A stretch of 58,397 bases of DNA from a virus (Duplodnaviria > Caudoviricetes): IMG/VR virus record IMGVR_UViG_3300028569_002805, positions 1-58,397 of that record; one strand, given 5' to 3'. Of this stretch, positions 19,104 through 29,302 are shown piece after piece. Every line of letters begins with the position of its first letter. Within the stretch, counting starts at the first letter, position 1. The notes under the pieces are model-generated. The model was not told where the DNA came from. It did no database searches and saw nothing but the letters and a program-made list of their open reading frames with translations. A program made the translations under genes and the position numbers.

Positions 19104-21425
19104 TTAAAAAATAGCCATATTCCATTGACTTCCAGATGGTCTACTTGTCACACTACTAAATGTAGTGTCTATATCGTTAAACTTGAAGAAAGACTTTTGA
19201 CTATAATCAAAACTTAGATAAACCACATGATCATTATCAGAAGCAGCCAGTAAAGTCTGATTTTCACTATCAAAACCAACAACTGTTGAATCTTGCAAAG
19301 CCTTGAATGATGGAGAATTAACTCCGGGACCACCCGTTCCCCACACTCCTGTTGTTGCATTATAAGCTGAAACAGAACCTGAATTATTGAAAAAATAAAC
19401 ACCTGTTGACAATGAAACAAGTTGTCCTTCTATTTTAGATGGCCCAGCCATATCAGTTAATTTTCTAATATCAATAAATGGTTCGCTTGTATTGCCACTG
19501 GTCTTATAAAAACTTCTAATCCTAAAAAATGTACCAGTTCCTTGATTCCTAAGTAAAAATCCAGAATCACTATGCCAGCAAGATCTGTATATGCTAATGT
19601 GTCCTTGTACAGGATTTCCGTTTTCATCATATGTTACTTCATTTTGCTGTAACTCATCAGCACCATTCTTATAATTAGATGATAATAAAGTAGAAGCAGG
19701 ATTAACAGAAGCCAAACTTGATAACGATACAACATCTTTATCTTGATTTGTTGGTGATGTGCCAGATGGAACAGAACCTACTACTCCTCCAAGAGCAAAA
19801 TAAATATTTGTACTTGATGCAAAACTTACCCAGTTCCAAGGTCTTTGGATTTCTACCCCAGCTTTAGAAAAACCTGATGTGTAAACTTGCGTAAAACCAT
19901 TAAATTGAGAACTATGTATTTTTTCATTTAGTGAAGAACTATTTGCTGGTCTTCCACTTGCCCAGAACAGTATTCCAGTACCGCCATTTCCTGAAGATGC
20001 TGCTGTTCTTGGAGCAAATCCAACATTCCTGTTAAATTCCTTAAGCTGTTGTGCAGAATTAACTACAGGATTTGTATTGGTGTTAACAAGGAAAGATTGA
20101 TTTACATTCAAAGAAACTGGAGCAACAGCATTTTTGAATGTTTCACTTAACAAACCAAATTCGCATACAGAAGCTTGTGTTTTTGAATTGTTGTAAATCC
20201 AAAGCCAAAGATTGACTTTTTCTACAATGTCGAAGGCATTATCATATGTAGTTATTTTGTAGGCACCAAACCTTGTATCACATCGCAATACAAGGTCGTA
20301 ATTTCCTCCAACACTGTATACTGCTCTTGTAGTGTTTGAGTTTCCATGGCCTAAATCATCTGAAAGTGACCAAGTATATGTTTCAATAGGATCAATAATG
20401 TTTCCGTCACTAATTACTTCTCCTCCATATGTTACTCCGGGTGTGTTGGGATTTTCACCAGTAGGAATATACATGTCAATAAGTGAATTAATTGATGCAC
20501 GAAGAATTGGTGTTGTAGTAAAAGGACCACCTGATGGTATGCCTTCTTGTTCAATAATCTGATTTGCTCTTGAAACGAATGCAATACAGGCATCGTTGGG
20601 AGCGGGGAATCGAGCAGAAATTAAATCATTGAATATTACTGTATCTTCACCAAAATCATTGATGACTGTAAGTTTTACGGTGTAAAGGCCGGGTTCATTA
20701 TATGTTTTTGTTATTGATTCGCCATCTATATCTTCAACTATAACATTTGAAATACTCGTTGGAACATATGATGTTAAAGAAATATTTGATGCGGTTGATT
20801 CAAGAGTTATTCCAGAAATGACAGATACGGTATTATCGCCAAAATCCCAAATATGTTTCACATTTATAGAAGAACCATCTGTTCCAAGTCTAAAACTCTG
20901 ATCGGTGAATGTAACTGTAAGAGGAGCAAGACCAATGTTTTTATTTATTGTAAACCAAGCCTTTGGTTGCAAAGCAATATTGCGAAGATAATTAATTCTT
21001 TGCTCCATTGTGCCTTGTGTGGGCTTTGTCCCAACTTCACCTTTTTTCCCAGCAAATTTTTCAATAGCTATGACTGCATCTTTCAAGTTGTTATGATGCT
21101 GGGCCATCACATTTTGTGTAACACTTGTTAGATTTTTCGGTTTTGCATTATCGACAAATCCTGACAACAAAGTTAAACCTTCAAATGTTGTCAAGGTTCT
21201 TAATGTATATGAAAAACTAATTGCTCTTTGTTCTGGTTCAGCACACTGATCAGTCAGGGTTATAATTCCTGTGTCGCTGAAAAGACGCATTGTAGTTTCA
21301 TCACCAAGGACTGTAATGATGGTATCGCCTACATTATAGTCTTCTATAAGTTTGACCCGTAGGCCATCTGCCACCTGATAAAGGGTGATGTCGCTATCAA
21401 GAGTATTTGGGAAGTTACTTGCCAT
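19104..21425 (-). CDS. PKD-domain tail/fibre-associated protein
   Basis: APLTVTFTDQS, WDFGD, Y.EPG.YTVKLTV.N; shared HHNNLKDAVIAIE domain. Confidence 0.75.
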   Translation of the reverse strand: MASNFPNTLDSDITLYQVADGLRVKLIEDYNVGDTIITVLGDETTMRLFSDTGIITLTDQCAEPEQRAISFSYTLRTLTTFEGLTLLSGFVDNAKPKNLTSVTQNVMAQHHNNLKDAVIAIEKFAGKKGEVGTKPTQGTMEQRINYLRNIALQPKAWFTINKNIGLAPLTVTFTDQSFRLGTDGSSINVKHIWDFGDNTVSVISGITLESTASNISLTSYVPTSISNVIVEDIDGESITKTYNEPGLYTVKLTVINDFGEDTVIFNDLISARFPAPNDACIAFVSRANQIIEQEGIPSGGPFTTTPILRASINSLIDMYIPTGENPNTPGVTYGGEVISDGNIIDPIETYTWSLSDDLGHGNSNTTRAVYSVGGNYDLVLRCDTRFGAYKITTYDNAFDIVEKVNLWLWIYNNSKTQASVCEFGLLSETFKNAVAPVSLNVNQSFLVNTNTNPVVNSAQQLKEFNRNVGFAPRTAASSGNGGTGILFWASGRPANSSSLNEKIHSSQFNGFTQVYTSGFSKAGVEIQRPWNWVSFASSTNIYFALGGVVGSVPSGTSPTNQDKDVVSLSSLASVNPASTLLSSNYKNGADELQQNEVTYDENGNPVQGHISIYRSCWHSDSGFLLRNQGTGTFFRIRSFYKTSGNTSEPFIDIRKLTDMAGPSKIEGQLVSLSTGVYFFNNSGSVSAYNATTGVWGTGGPGVNSPSFKALQDSTVVGFDSENQTLLAASDNDHVVYLSFDYSQKSFFKFNDIDTTFSSVTSRPSGSQWNMAIF

Positions 21426-22486
21426 TATTCCACCGTAATATTTTCATTCAAGAATGATCTCTGAAGCTTTTGATTTTCATAAAGGACTAATAAAGAAGGA
21501 TTGTATTTACCCGGTTTATCATAAACATATGAAATATAATGAATATTTGGGTTGGTTTCAGTAATGCTTTCTCCATTAACTGGAGATCCATTGTTAGTTC
21601 CAGAACCATCAAATACCCAAAATCGCTGTATTATATCACCATCTGTTTGATCTACAAAATTAAATGTTGTTGCCATGTTTGGATTACCCATGGAAATAGC
21701 TGTTTCCATTGAAATTCCAATTGTTGGTTTGATGTAAAAAAATGGTGGAATTGTTGTTTGATCAATAGTAATATAATTTTTCTTTTCTGAAACTCCTTGA
21801 GCTCCAAGATTACTAATGATATTCAGCTTAATCGTATATTTTCCTTCTTTCAAATATGTATGGGTTGGCGATCTTTCAATAGATGTTGTTCCATCTCCAA
21901 AATCCCATAGATATCGAACTACTGAACCAGTGCTAAAGTTTTGTAGTCTTATTTTGGTCCCCGGAGGGCCGCTTTTAGGATATGCACGAAATATGGCTTT
22001 AGGGGCAAGATACTTGCTCTCCTGAGCCTTTAATATGCCATTTAACGAGGTTACAGAAGGATTGCTTATCAATCCAAGATTTGTTTCTATGTTGATGACT
22101 GCATCTTTTACAGAATTGTGATGTTCTGCGAATACTGCTCCTGTTACATAACTTCCTATTGGCCAAGGATTCTGTCTTGAACCGGCAAATCCACGAATTA
22201 TATTTTTGAACACTCCTTGGGTTTTAGTGTCATAATATATCATCTCAGCAGCACCTTGTTGACCATGTGCTGGACCAACACGGATTATGCCGCTGCTTGG
22301 AAAATTATCATTGTTATCTACTACTACGAACTTGGCAGAATATGTCAAAGACTGTGCTAGTTGTGTTTCGCAATTGTTCTTAGCCTCATAAAGCTGATAT
22401 TTTGAATCATAAGCTTGAGGATAAACAGAAAGATCGCCAGTTACATATCCTGTGTCGTATGAGCTAATTTTTGTAACCGCCATCAA
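21425..22486 (-). CDS. PKD-domain tail/fibre-associated protein
   Basis: YLWDFGDGTTS...PTHTY...G.YTI.L; shared HHNSVKDAVINIE domain. Confidence 0.8.
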   Translation of the reverse strand: MMAVTKISSYDTGYVTGDLSVYPQAYDSKYQLYEAKNNCETQLAQSLTYSAKFVVVDNNDNFPSSGIIRVGPAHGQQGAAEMIYYDTKTQGVFKNIIRGFAGSRQNPWPIGSYVTGAVFAEHHNSVKDAVINIETNLGLISNPSVTSLNGILKAQESKYLAPKAIFRAYPKSGPPGTKIRLQNFSTGSVVRYLWDFGDGTTSIERSPTHTYLKEGKYTIKLNIISNLGAQGVSEKKNYITIDQTTIPPFFYIKPTIGISMETAISMGNPNMATTFNFVDQTDGDIIQRFWVFDGSGTNNGSPVNGESITETNPNIHYISYVYDKPGKYNPSLLVLYENQKLQRSFLNENITVE

Positions 22487-23190
22487 TTCTCCTTGTCTAT
22501 CTTTGTCTCAAGTCTTTTTGCAGTTTCCGCTAGTTTATGAAGTATTTCGTTTTGTTTCACATTGAGAGTTTGCAATGTCTGTTGCTTGATTTTAACATCA
22601 TCGGGCAGAGCTACTATTGTCTCAATAAGTTCAGTATCGATTGAATTTTGTGTTAACATTTTAAGATTGACTTTTTGCGTCAATTTCTCATGCCAATATT
22701 GTTTTTGCGCCTCCAAATCATCAAAATGCTTCAATGGTTCAATCTTGAGGAGATTTTTGTATGTTTCCAAGAAAAATCTACACTCTTCAGAAATTGATTT
22801 TTTCCTTTCTTCAATTTCTTTAATATTTTGTTCCAAAGATTTCTTTTGACGACCAAATTGACGGATTTTTATTTCACATTCTCTCATGTAAAGATTATTT
22901 GAAACTTGATCCGTAATTTGAATATTTTCCATGTCATGACGAATTCTTTCAACACTAATATCTAGTAGTTCTAGCTTATCTTTTAACTCTTCAGTTTCCA
23001 ACTCTATATTTTTAGTTGTATCATTACGATTCTTCATTTCACGCAAACATTGCCACATCTTTGATTGAACTGTTGGTTCTTTACCAATAAGGAAATACTT
23101 CAACTGAAAATAACTATGTCTTTGCGATATTTCATTTTCGCTCAAAACTTTGTCAACTTCTGCATAAACGCTCAATTCAACATTATTCAT
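22483..23190 (-). CDS. Hypothetical coiled-coil protein (possible fibre chaperone)
   Basis: GGAGA RBS, heptad-rich, 4-nt overlap with the PKD gene. Confidence 0.7.
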   Translation of the reverse strand: MNNVELSVYAEVDKVLSENEISQRHSYFQLKYFLIGKEPTVQSKMWQCLREMKNRNDTTKNIELETEELKDKLELLDISVERIRHDMENIQITDQVSNNLYMRECEIKIRQFGRQKKSLEQNIKEIEERKKSISEECRFFLETYKNLLKIEPLKHFDDLEAQKQYWHEKLTQKVNLKMLTQNSIDTELIETIVALPDDVKIKQQTLQTLNVKQNEILHKLAETAKRLETKIDKEN

Positions 23191-23200
23191 TTCAATCTCC

Positions 23201-23737
23201 TCAGCACATCTTGCTGCCTATTATTGCCTTAAACTTACATCCATACTCAATAGCTGACATTGCCCATTCTGCTTTTACAAATTCTAATGAACCTTCATCA
23301 TTCATTTCTCCAACTTCTTTGAATGTTTTTTTGTTAATGAAAAGACCATTTAATGTTCCATCAATAAAATTATATTTTCTGTTTGCTACAGGAAAAAGAA
23401 TATCTTTTTCACTTCCAATATAAAAAGAAAATTTTTCGTTCAATTTTTGTCTTACGTTTGTTCCTGAAAAAATAAGAAAAACCCAATCTAAAGGAGCGTG
23501 ACGCATCCCAACATTAATCAAAGATGTAATTGTATCTTTGCCTTTATAAACTGGACAAATTTCTTTAATTTCAGCAGTCTCTTCTTTTGTTGCTTTTGAA
23601 TCTACAACAGTTATACAGGGAATATCAGGATAATGATAATTAATTGAATTGTAAGTAATATTGATAAGACTTTTAGAGTGTTCTGGAGCCAGAATCACAA
23701 AACAATATTTCAATGTTTTTAATGCAAAAGTTTTCAA
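23201..23737 (-). CDS. Degenerate GT2-like (GT-A fold) protein
   Basis: FVI, LIN.G...A..DWVFL and GLFINKKTFKEVGEM; FSG occupies the expected DxD position; start uncertain. Confidence 0.5.
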   Translation of the reverse strand: MKTFALKTLKYCFVILAPEHSKSLINITYNSINYHYPDIPCITVVDSKATKEETAEIKEICPVYKGKDTITSLINVGMRHAPLDWVFLIFSGTNVRQKLNEKFSFYIGSEKDILFPVANRKYNFIDGTLNGLFINKKTFKEVGEMNDEGSLEFVKAEWAMSAIEYGCKFKAIIGSKMC

Positions 23738-23740
23738 AAC

Positions 23741-23773
23741 AAATCACCCTCTTACATAATAAGAGGGTGATTT
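23741..23773. terminator. Stem-loop, probable intrinsic terminator
   Basis: AAATCACCCTCTTA-cataa-TAAGAGGGTGATTT, 14-bp perfect stem right after the kinase stop. Confidence 0.75.
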
Positions 23774-23780
23774 TTATAAT

Positions 23781-24503
23781 TCAAACTGAAAATGTGTCAA
23801 CAGTATCAACCTTATCGAAACCTTCTGAAGGACTGACCTTTTCAAAACTCGAAACCATCCTGCTAATCACATCATCACCAATTGTTTTACTTCCACCTTC
23901 TGCTGCAATTTTTGCGCTTCTATCACGCATGCGTTTTAACAAATTAGGCAAGTCAGACTCACTCATCGTGAAGACCACTGCTCTACGGAAGAAATCTTTT
24001 CCTTCTGCATACTTCAAGGCGCTTTGACGACTTGTTGTTGTCATATTGGTCATATCAACAACAACATTCTTGCCAGAATCAATTCCTTCTTTGAATCTCT
24101 TTTTCAACATGTCATTTATTCGATCATTTGCATCCTGAACCTTATCGAAAACAACTTTAGTCCACCTCATCCAAGATGGAGCTTGCTTCACAAGTCCATA
24201 TTTTTCCATGCCAGAAACAGATGTATTCGGAACAGAATCCTTAGGAGGCAACACAAACATATCATCATATGTCATGCCTATACCATCAGATATATAATTT
24301 ACAATATCATCACGATTAATGACGAAAACATCATCAGAAGGAAACTTCTGAGCTACATATGTGCTTTTCCCAACTGCTGGAGGCCCAATCAAAACAACAA
24401 GTTCTTTTCTTTGATCCAAATTTTCATCACCAAACTCATCTTGAGAAATGGATTCAAAAAAGTTTGAATCTCTATTCTTTACCCAATTTTTGAAATCACT
24501 CAT
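23781..24503 (-). CDS. P-loop kinase, AAA_33 / T4 Pnk kinase-domain-like
   Basis: LIGPPAVGKST, INRDD, VVVDMTN....R and lid R...R. Confidence 0.82.
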   Translation of the reverse strand: MSDFKNWVKNRDSNFFESISQDEFGDENLDQRKELVVLIGPPAVGKSTYVAQKFPSDDVFVINRDDIVNYISDGIGMTYDDMFVLPPKDSVPNTSVSGMEKYGLVKQAPSWMRWTKVVFDKVQDANDRINDMLKKRFKEGIDSGKNVVVDMTNMTTTSRQSALKYAEGKDFFRRAVVFTMSESDLPNLLKRMRDRSAKIAAEGGSKTIGDDVISRMVSSFEKVSPSEGFDKVDTVDTFSV

Positions 24504-24514
24504 GAAAAACCTCG

Positions 24515-25348
24515 TTAAGTAACAGCGATATCAAAGTCTATACTGATGATATCACTCGACGTAATTGCCGTAAGTAATGTAAATGTACCAGTAAGATGAT
24601 CAGGTGTAAAGCGATTGGCAATCCAAGAAGTAACATCACTGTTTGGAACATAAACATTGTACACAGAATTTAATCTGACACCATTGATGTAAACACGAAG
24701 AGTGTCTTCCATGTAAGGAGTAGAAGGCATGTTGACTTGGTAATTCTGGTAATCTGAGGTAATTGGATCGAGATTATAATAATGTCTATGAGCAAAAGCA
24801 ATAGAAAATTTAATTTCTGGCTTTACTGAATTAGGACCTTCAAATGTCCAACTTATTGAATCTGACTCGATCAAATCAAGTGTGTTGATCCCATCGCCAA
24901 ATGTATAAATCAATGATGGAGTGTTAACATTGACAACAATATTGGTAGCTTCATCTGCAACAAGAGATAATTTATCACGCTCAGCCTCAAGCATTCTTAC
25001 AAAAGGAACTGGATTAACAACTCCAATATAACCTAAAGTATTATAATCTGATAATTCTGAACCACTAACTGTCTTGCTTCCATCTCCATGTTCAGCAATG
25101 TTGTGTAAAGTCTGATTAACTGCTGTTGTTTTAAGATTCCCATCTTCTTCAACAGACTGATTTAGCCTGTTAGCAAGTGTTCCAACAGTGCCAGAGCAAT
25201 TTCTCAAAATCTCAGAATGTGTGTCAACAACACCATTGATAAGTTCATCTCTGTCCGAAAGCGTTTTTAACGGAAGATTGTCATATTCCCAATGATAAGG
25301 CTGTGTGGCATTATATTGTGGAACTGGAAGTGCATTTAAGTCGGGCAT
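24515..25348 (-). CDS. Putative virion structural protein
   Basis: Lies in the baseplate operon; AGGAG RBS; C-terminal LRVYINGVRL beta domain. Confidence 0.65.
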   Translation of the reverse strand: MPDLNALPVPQYNATQPYHWEYDNLPLKTLSDRDELINGVVDTHSEILRNCSGTVGTLANRLNQSVEEDGNLKTTAVNQTLHNIAEHGDGSKTVSGSELSDYNTLGYIGVVNPVPFVRMLEAERDKLSLVADEATNIVVNVNTPSLIYTFGDGINTLDLIESDSISWTFEGPNSVKPEIKFSIAFAHRHYYNLDPITSDYQNYQVNMPSTPYMEDTLRVYINGVRLNSVYNVYVPNSDVTSWIANRFTPDHLTGTFTLLTAITSSDIISIDFDIAVT

Positions 25349-25362
25349 TTTTTCTCCTACGA

Positions 25363-25845
25363 TTAGATAAAGCTTAGAGTCCAGTTCCAGATAATACTCA
25401 TTTGATCAGTTTTCGTTAAATCTGGAAAAGTCACCATACTGTACAAGTTGCCAGTAGCCATTTGTAAGGCCATCTCATTTAGAGTTTGCCCTACAGCATC
25501 ACTTGTAGTGAGAACTGATGTGAGAATTACTTGTGATGGGATATTTGGGTCAACGGCAGAAATAACGGGCTTAGATGACACTGGAGAGCCACTAAAAAGA
25601 CCGTTCCTACCTGCATCGACATATTTCACTGTGCCACCGGCTGTTCCGCCAGTTCCGAAGATCATGCGATTGATATAAAAATCATAGCTTCCTGAAAATC
25701 TATTGGCTAATGAAGCAGCTAATGCTTCACGACCTTTATAAAGAACAGTATTTGGAAACTCGATAATTTTCTTTTCCCCATTATTGTAGCTGATTATCAT
25801 TTGAACATCGCCACGGGTCTTAATGCTATTGTTGAATGATGTCAT
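25363..25845 (-). CDS. Putative baseplate / tail-fibre attachment protein
   Basis: N.VL..GR, M.FG.GG, NEMAL and F....K...I.W pattern of myophage fibre-proximal domains. Confidence 0.65.
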   Translation of the reverse strand: MTSFNNSIKTRGDVQMIISYNNGEKKIIEFPNTVLYKGREALAASLANRFSGSYDFYINRMIFGTGGTAGGTVKYVDAGRNGLFSGSPVSSKPVISAVDPNIPSQVILTSVLTTSDAVGQTLNEMALQMATGNLYSMVTFPDLTKTDQMSIIWNWTLSFI

Positions 25846-28800
25846 AGTTTTCCTTCTTCCTTCGATCCGTTCGTGTATTCTATTTTATAAGAGATTGACT
25901 CGTTTTGTTTTATAAACTCTATTGGCATTCCATTATTTTCATCAGCACTCAATGATTTAACAATAGTATTGTTTAATTCATTAGTACCAACAACATTAGG
26001 ACTTCCAGACCTATCGATCTTTTGGAATGTGTGAGTTGGCAAATCATATTGTTGACCGGGAATAGTTGCTCCTTTGCTTTCATATTTATATATGTTTATG
26101 ACAGCAGGTGTTCCTCCCGCTCCTAATGTAGTCCAATAAAAATCACGACCATAAAGATTGATTGTTGTGCTTCCAGCAGGACTATTTCCATTAATTCCAG
26201 CAATCCAATAATCTTCACCGTTAACTTCCACAAGGAAATTTTCTTTGAACTGATTTACAACAGGATCTGTGTATGGCAAAATATTGTTTGCGCCATTTTG
26301 AATTCCAAGACTAGTCTCATAATCAACGCCAGATATTAAAATGTTTTGACCACGATGAGTCATATAGCCAACCACATTATCAATAATTCTTTGATTTATG
26401 ATAAGGTTTGTTCCAGCAATTGCTCCTCTAGTGTAATTTGCAATGTAAAATTGATCGTCAGTTCCATCTATAAGACTTATTATTTCATAGTCAACTGAAG
26501 AAACAGTCTGATAGAAATTAGAAGTTCTGACCATACTACTAATCGGCAGTAACGAAGCATTCAATACAGTTGTTCTTCCTCTGTTTGTTATTGTCAAAGA
26601 TCCTAAAGTGCCACTTGAAACAGGTGTCGCCCCGTTGTAGATAGTGTAACTCAACCCTGATGTCGAAGATGAAGGGAAACTACTATCGTATTCTAAAATC
26701 AAATTTCCATTAGAATCAACATTTAGAATTGTATAATTAGAAACACTATATGCAGGAATAGAAATTTCCCATGCAGCCAAAGCTGTTCCTTGATTTACAT
26801 CAAATTGTGATTGAACACCCATTTCTCCAAAATTTTCAGTTGTGTCACCAAATACTACAAGATCGTCTTGAACAATATCGCAAAGAGAACCATAATTGTA
26901 ATTGTCAATTACTGGATTAAAAATCCTAAATGGAAAAGAACATGTGCTAACCGTTCCGTTATATGCAAAAAGATTATTACATTCATCTATTGGTTCAAGG
27001 GGTTCAATATTAAAGAAAACAGTCCTGTTCTCAACACGATAAACTTGATATGATCCAGTATAAGATCCATCGAGAATTTGTATTACAGCACTATGATCGT
27101 TCATAATTCCTAATCCGCCAAGTGGCGAAGATGGACAATAAACGACAATGTCTGAATTATAAGCTGTTGCTGATACTCCAGATATAACTTGAGTTTTATC
27201 GGCTAATTCATCACGGAATATGCATTCACTGTTAGGAAGATTATTGATATTGCTTTTTCTCATAGTTCTATTGAAATAAGTCTGACCTTCTCCAGATATG
27301 CAATATTGTAACTGACTATATTTTACAAGACATTCAATGCTTTCTTGAGGAGATGCAATAAATTCTTGTAGTCCACCATAAAAATTAACTGTATTCAAAA
27401 CTGCATGAACTGGCATGTTTTCAATTAAAATTTCATAAAACTCATCAATTCTATCATTAGATATTTTATCTATTTCTACATCAACATTATAACTGCTGCT
27501 TATACATGACAAACATGAGTCTATGAACTTGCGACCAATATCACAAGGAATCTTAGAATTCCTAATGCTACCGTTGTATTCTTCCATATTATAAATATTT
27601 TCACTGTAAGGAAACTCAGTCCTTACTTGACCGAATACAAGGAATTCATGAAATGGATTGCGAGATGGAATTATAAGATTAAAAAGCATGTCATCTGGTT
27701 CAATTCCACGCACATTCCAATTTTTCAAAGGATATATCTGACTACGTTCATCACGTTTGTCAATAAGAGTCAAAGTTCTTACATAATCTTCTAAACTTTG
27801 TTCTGTAGGATTAGGCACATTTGAGTATTGATATAAAATCTTTACAATGTCACCTGAAACAAGAGTGATTGGGTCAACCATCAAAGTATCGCCAACCCAT
27901 GTCATGGTGGTAATACCATTTGCAGTACTAAAAGAAACATAGTTCTGAGTCAAAATTGTATATGTGTCAGAATCGTATAAGCGCAATGATATTTCAAAAT
28001 TATCAAGATCAATTGGTTCAATTATAGTTTTCTCAAGATCCCAAGAAACAGTAGAACCATCATATTCAAATGATTCTTGCCATGTATACTTAGAAATTAC
28101 TTGCCAAAGCTGTTTGTAACTATAAAGTTTCATGCCAGCAAGCATGAAAGACTCGTTCAGTCCTTTTCTTGTTCCCTTGCTCTTATATTGAGATACTGCT
28201 CTAACAATTTGGCCACGCCATCTCGTAGGATCATCACTTTTAAGTTTCAAATTAAAAAGATTTGAAAGATATGGAAGCAATGGCTCTGAAAGTACATTCG
28301 GGTCTTGAAGATCTACTATTTGATTAGTAAGATTTTCAAGTGTCGTAAATCCAAGAGCAACAGACTGATTGAATCTTTCAATTACAGTTGGCGTAAGGTC
28401 ATCATCAGAAATAATTGTCTTAAACATTTCTGGAGTATACTTTTCCAAAAGTGTTGTGTATTTATCTGGATTTGTAAAATGTGTTGGTATACTGGTTGTT
28501 ACCTTGGTATTACCAGAAAGATTAAACTTTATGTGTGATGAAAGAGTGCTTCCTCCTACAAGTGGAGTCCATTTCCAACAAACAAAATAGTCTCCTTCTC
28601 TCACTCCTTTTGGTTGCCAATAATATTCAAAAAGACCTATTGTTGTTTTGTTGTTTGAAACAAAAGGATAAACTGAATTGTTACTGTCTTCTAAGGCTGT
28701 ATACCACATGCCGCTTGTCCCAGCGGTATAGCTTATATCACTAAGATCGAAATCAACTGAAAAAGAATTACTGTTAATATAAGTTATCTTGTATTTTCCA

Positions 28801-29294
28801 TCAATAGGAGGAACAGAATTGCTGGCATAAATATTTATAATATCGCCGTTTGACAGACCATGACTTGCAGATGTAATGACAGTTGGATTTGCCTTACTTA
28901 TTCCAGTAATAACATGACCAGTAAGCCATGCTGGATCTGTTGCTGTCCCAACAATTTTTACAGGACTAGCTTCTGTAAAATAGAAAGAATTTGTAGTCAC
29001 AACTATATCTGCATTTATTCTTGCATTTTTTGCAATAGTAATGTTTTCAGATGTAGGATTTGAACAAGCAACAGCTTCAAGTTTATTTGCCAATTCGACC
29101 TTGGCAGGATCATAAACGCTTTCAAGGTATTCACTTGTTTTTGGACTTGAAAAATTCCTCTCAACAAAATAAATTGTTAAATTATCAAACTTATACGGTA
29201 AAGCAGGAAAACACCCATTTGAATCGGGAGTATAAAATGCAAATCTAACCGTATCAGTAATTGATGGATTATTATTATAATCGACTGCCACCAC
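25842..29294 (-). CDS. Large baseplate wedge protein (P2 gpI / T4 gp7-like domain)
   Basis: LLPYLSNLF...YKSKGT..GL motif; ITGISKANPTVITSASHGL..GD module; follows gp6. Confidence 0.72.
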   Translation of the reverse strand: MVAVDYNNNPSITDTVRFAFYTPDSNGCFPALPYKFDNLTIYFVERNFSSPKTSEYLESVYDPAKVELANKLEAVACSNPTSENITIAKNARINADIVVTTNSFYFTEASPVKIVGTATDPAWLTGHVITGISKANPTVITSASHGLSNGDIINIYASNSVPPIDGKYKITYINSNSFSVDFDLSDISYTAGTSGMWYTALEDSNNSVYPFVSNNKTTIGLFEYYWQPKGVREGDYFVCWKWTPLVGGSTLSSHIKFNLSGNTKVTTSIPTHFTNPDKYTTLLEKYTPEMFKTIISDDDLTPTVIERFNQSVALGFTTLENLTNQIVDLQDPNVLSEPLLPYLSNLFNLKLKSDDPTRWRGQIVRAVSQYKSKGTRKGLNESFMLAGMKLYSYKQLWQVISKYTWQESFEYDGSTVSWDLEKTIIEPIDLDNFEISLRLYDSDTYTILTQNYVSFSTANGITTMTWVGDTLMVDPITLVSGDIVKILYQYSNVPNPTEQSLEDYVRTLTLIDKRDERSQIYPLKNWNVRGIEPDDMLFNLIIPSRNPFHEFLVFGQVRTEFPYSENIYNMEEYNGSIRNSKIPCDIGRKFIDSCLSCISSSYNVDVEIDKISNDRIDEFYEILIENMPVHAVLNTVNFYGGLQEFIASPQESIECLVKYSQLQYCISGEGQTYFNRTMRKSNINNLPNSECIFRDELADKTQVISGVSATAYNSDIVVYCPSSPLGGLGIMNDHSAVIQILDGSYTGSYQVYRVENRTVFFNIEPLEPIDECNNLFAYNGTVSTCSFPFRIFNPVIDNYNYGSLCDIVQDDLVVFGDTTENFGEMGVQSQFDVNQGTALAAWEISIPAYSVSNYTILNVDSNGNLILEYDSSFPSSSTSGLSYTIYNGATPVSSGTLGSLTITNRGRTTVLNASLLPISSMVRTSNFYQTVSSVDYEIISLIDGTDDQFYIANYTRGAIAGTNLIINQRIIDNVVGYMTHRGQNILISGVDYETSLGIQNGANNILPYTDPVVNQFKENFLVEVNGEDYWIAGINGNSPAGSTTINLYGRDFYWTTLGAGGTPAVINIYKYESKGATIPGQQYDLPTHTFQKIDRSGSPNVVGTNELNNTIVKSLSADENNGMPIEFIKQNESISYKIEYTNGSKEEGKL

Positions 29295-29302
29295 ATCGCT
29301 CC

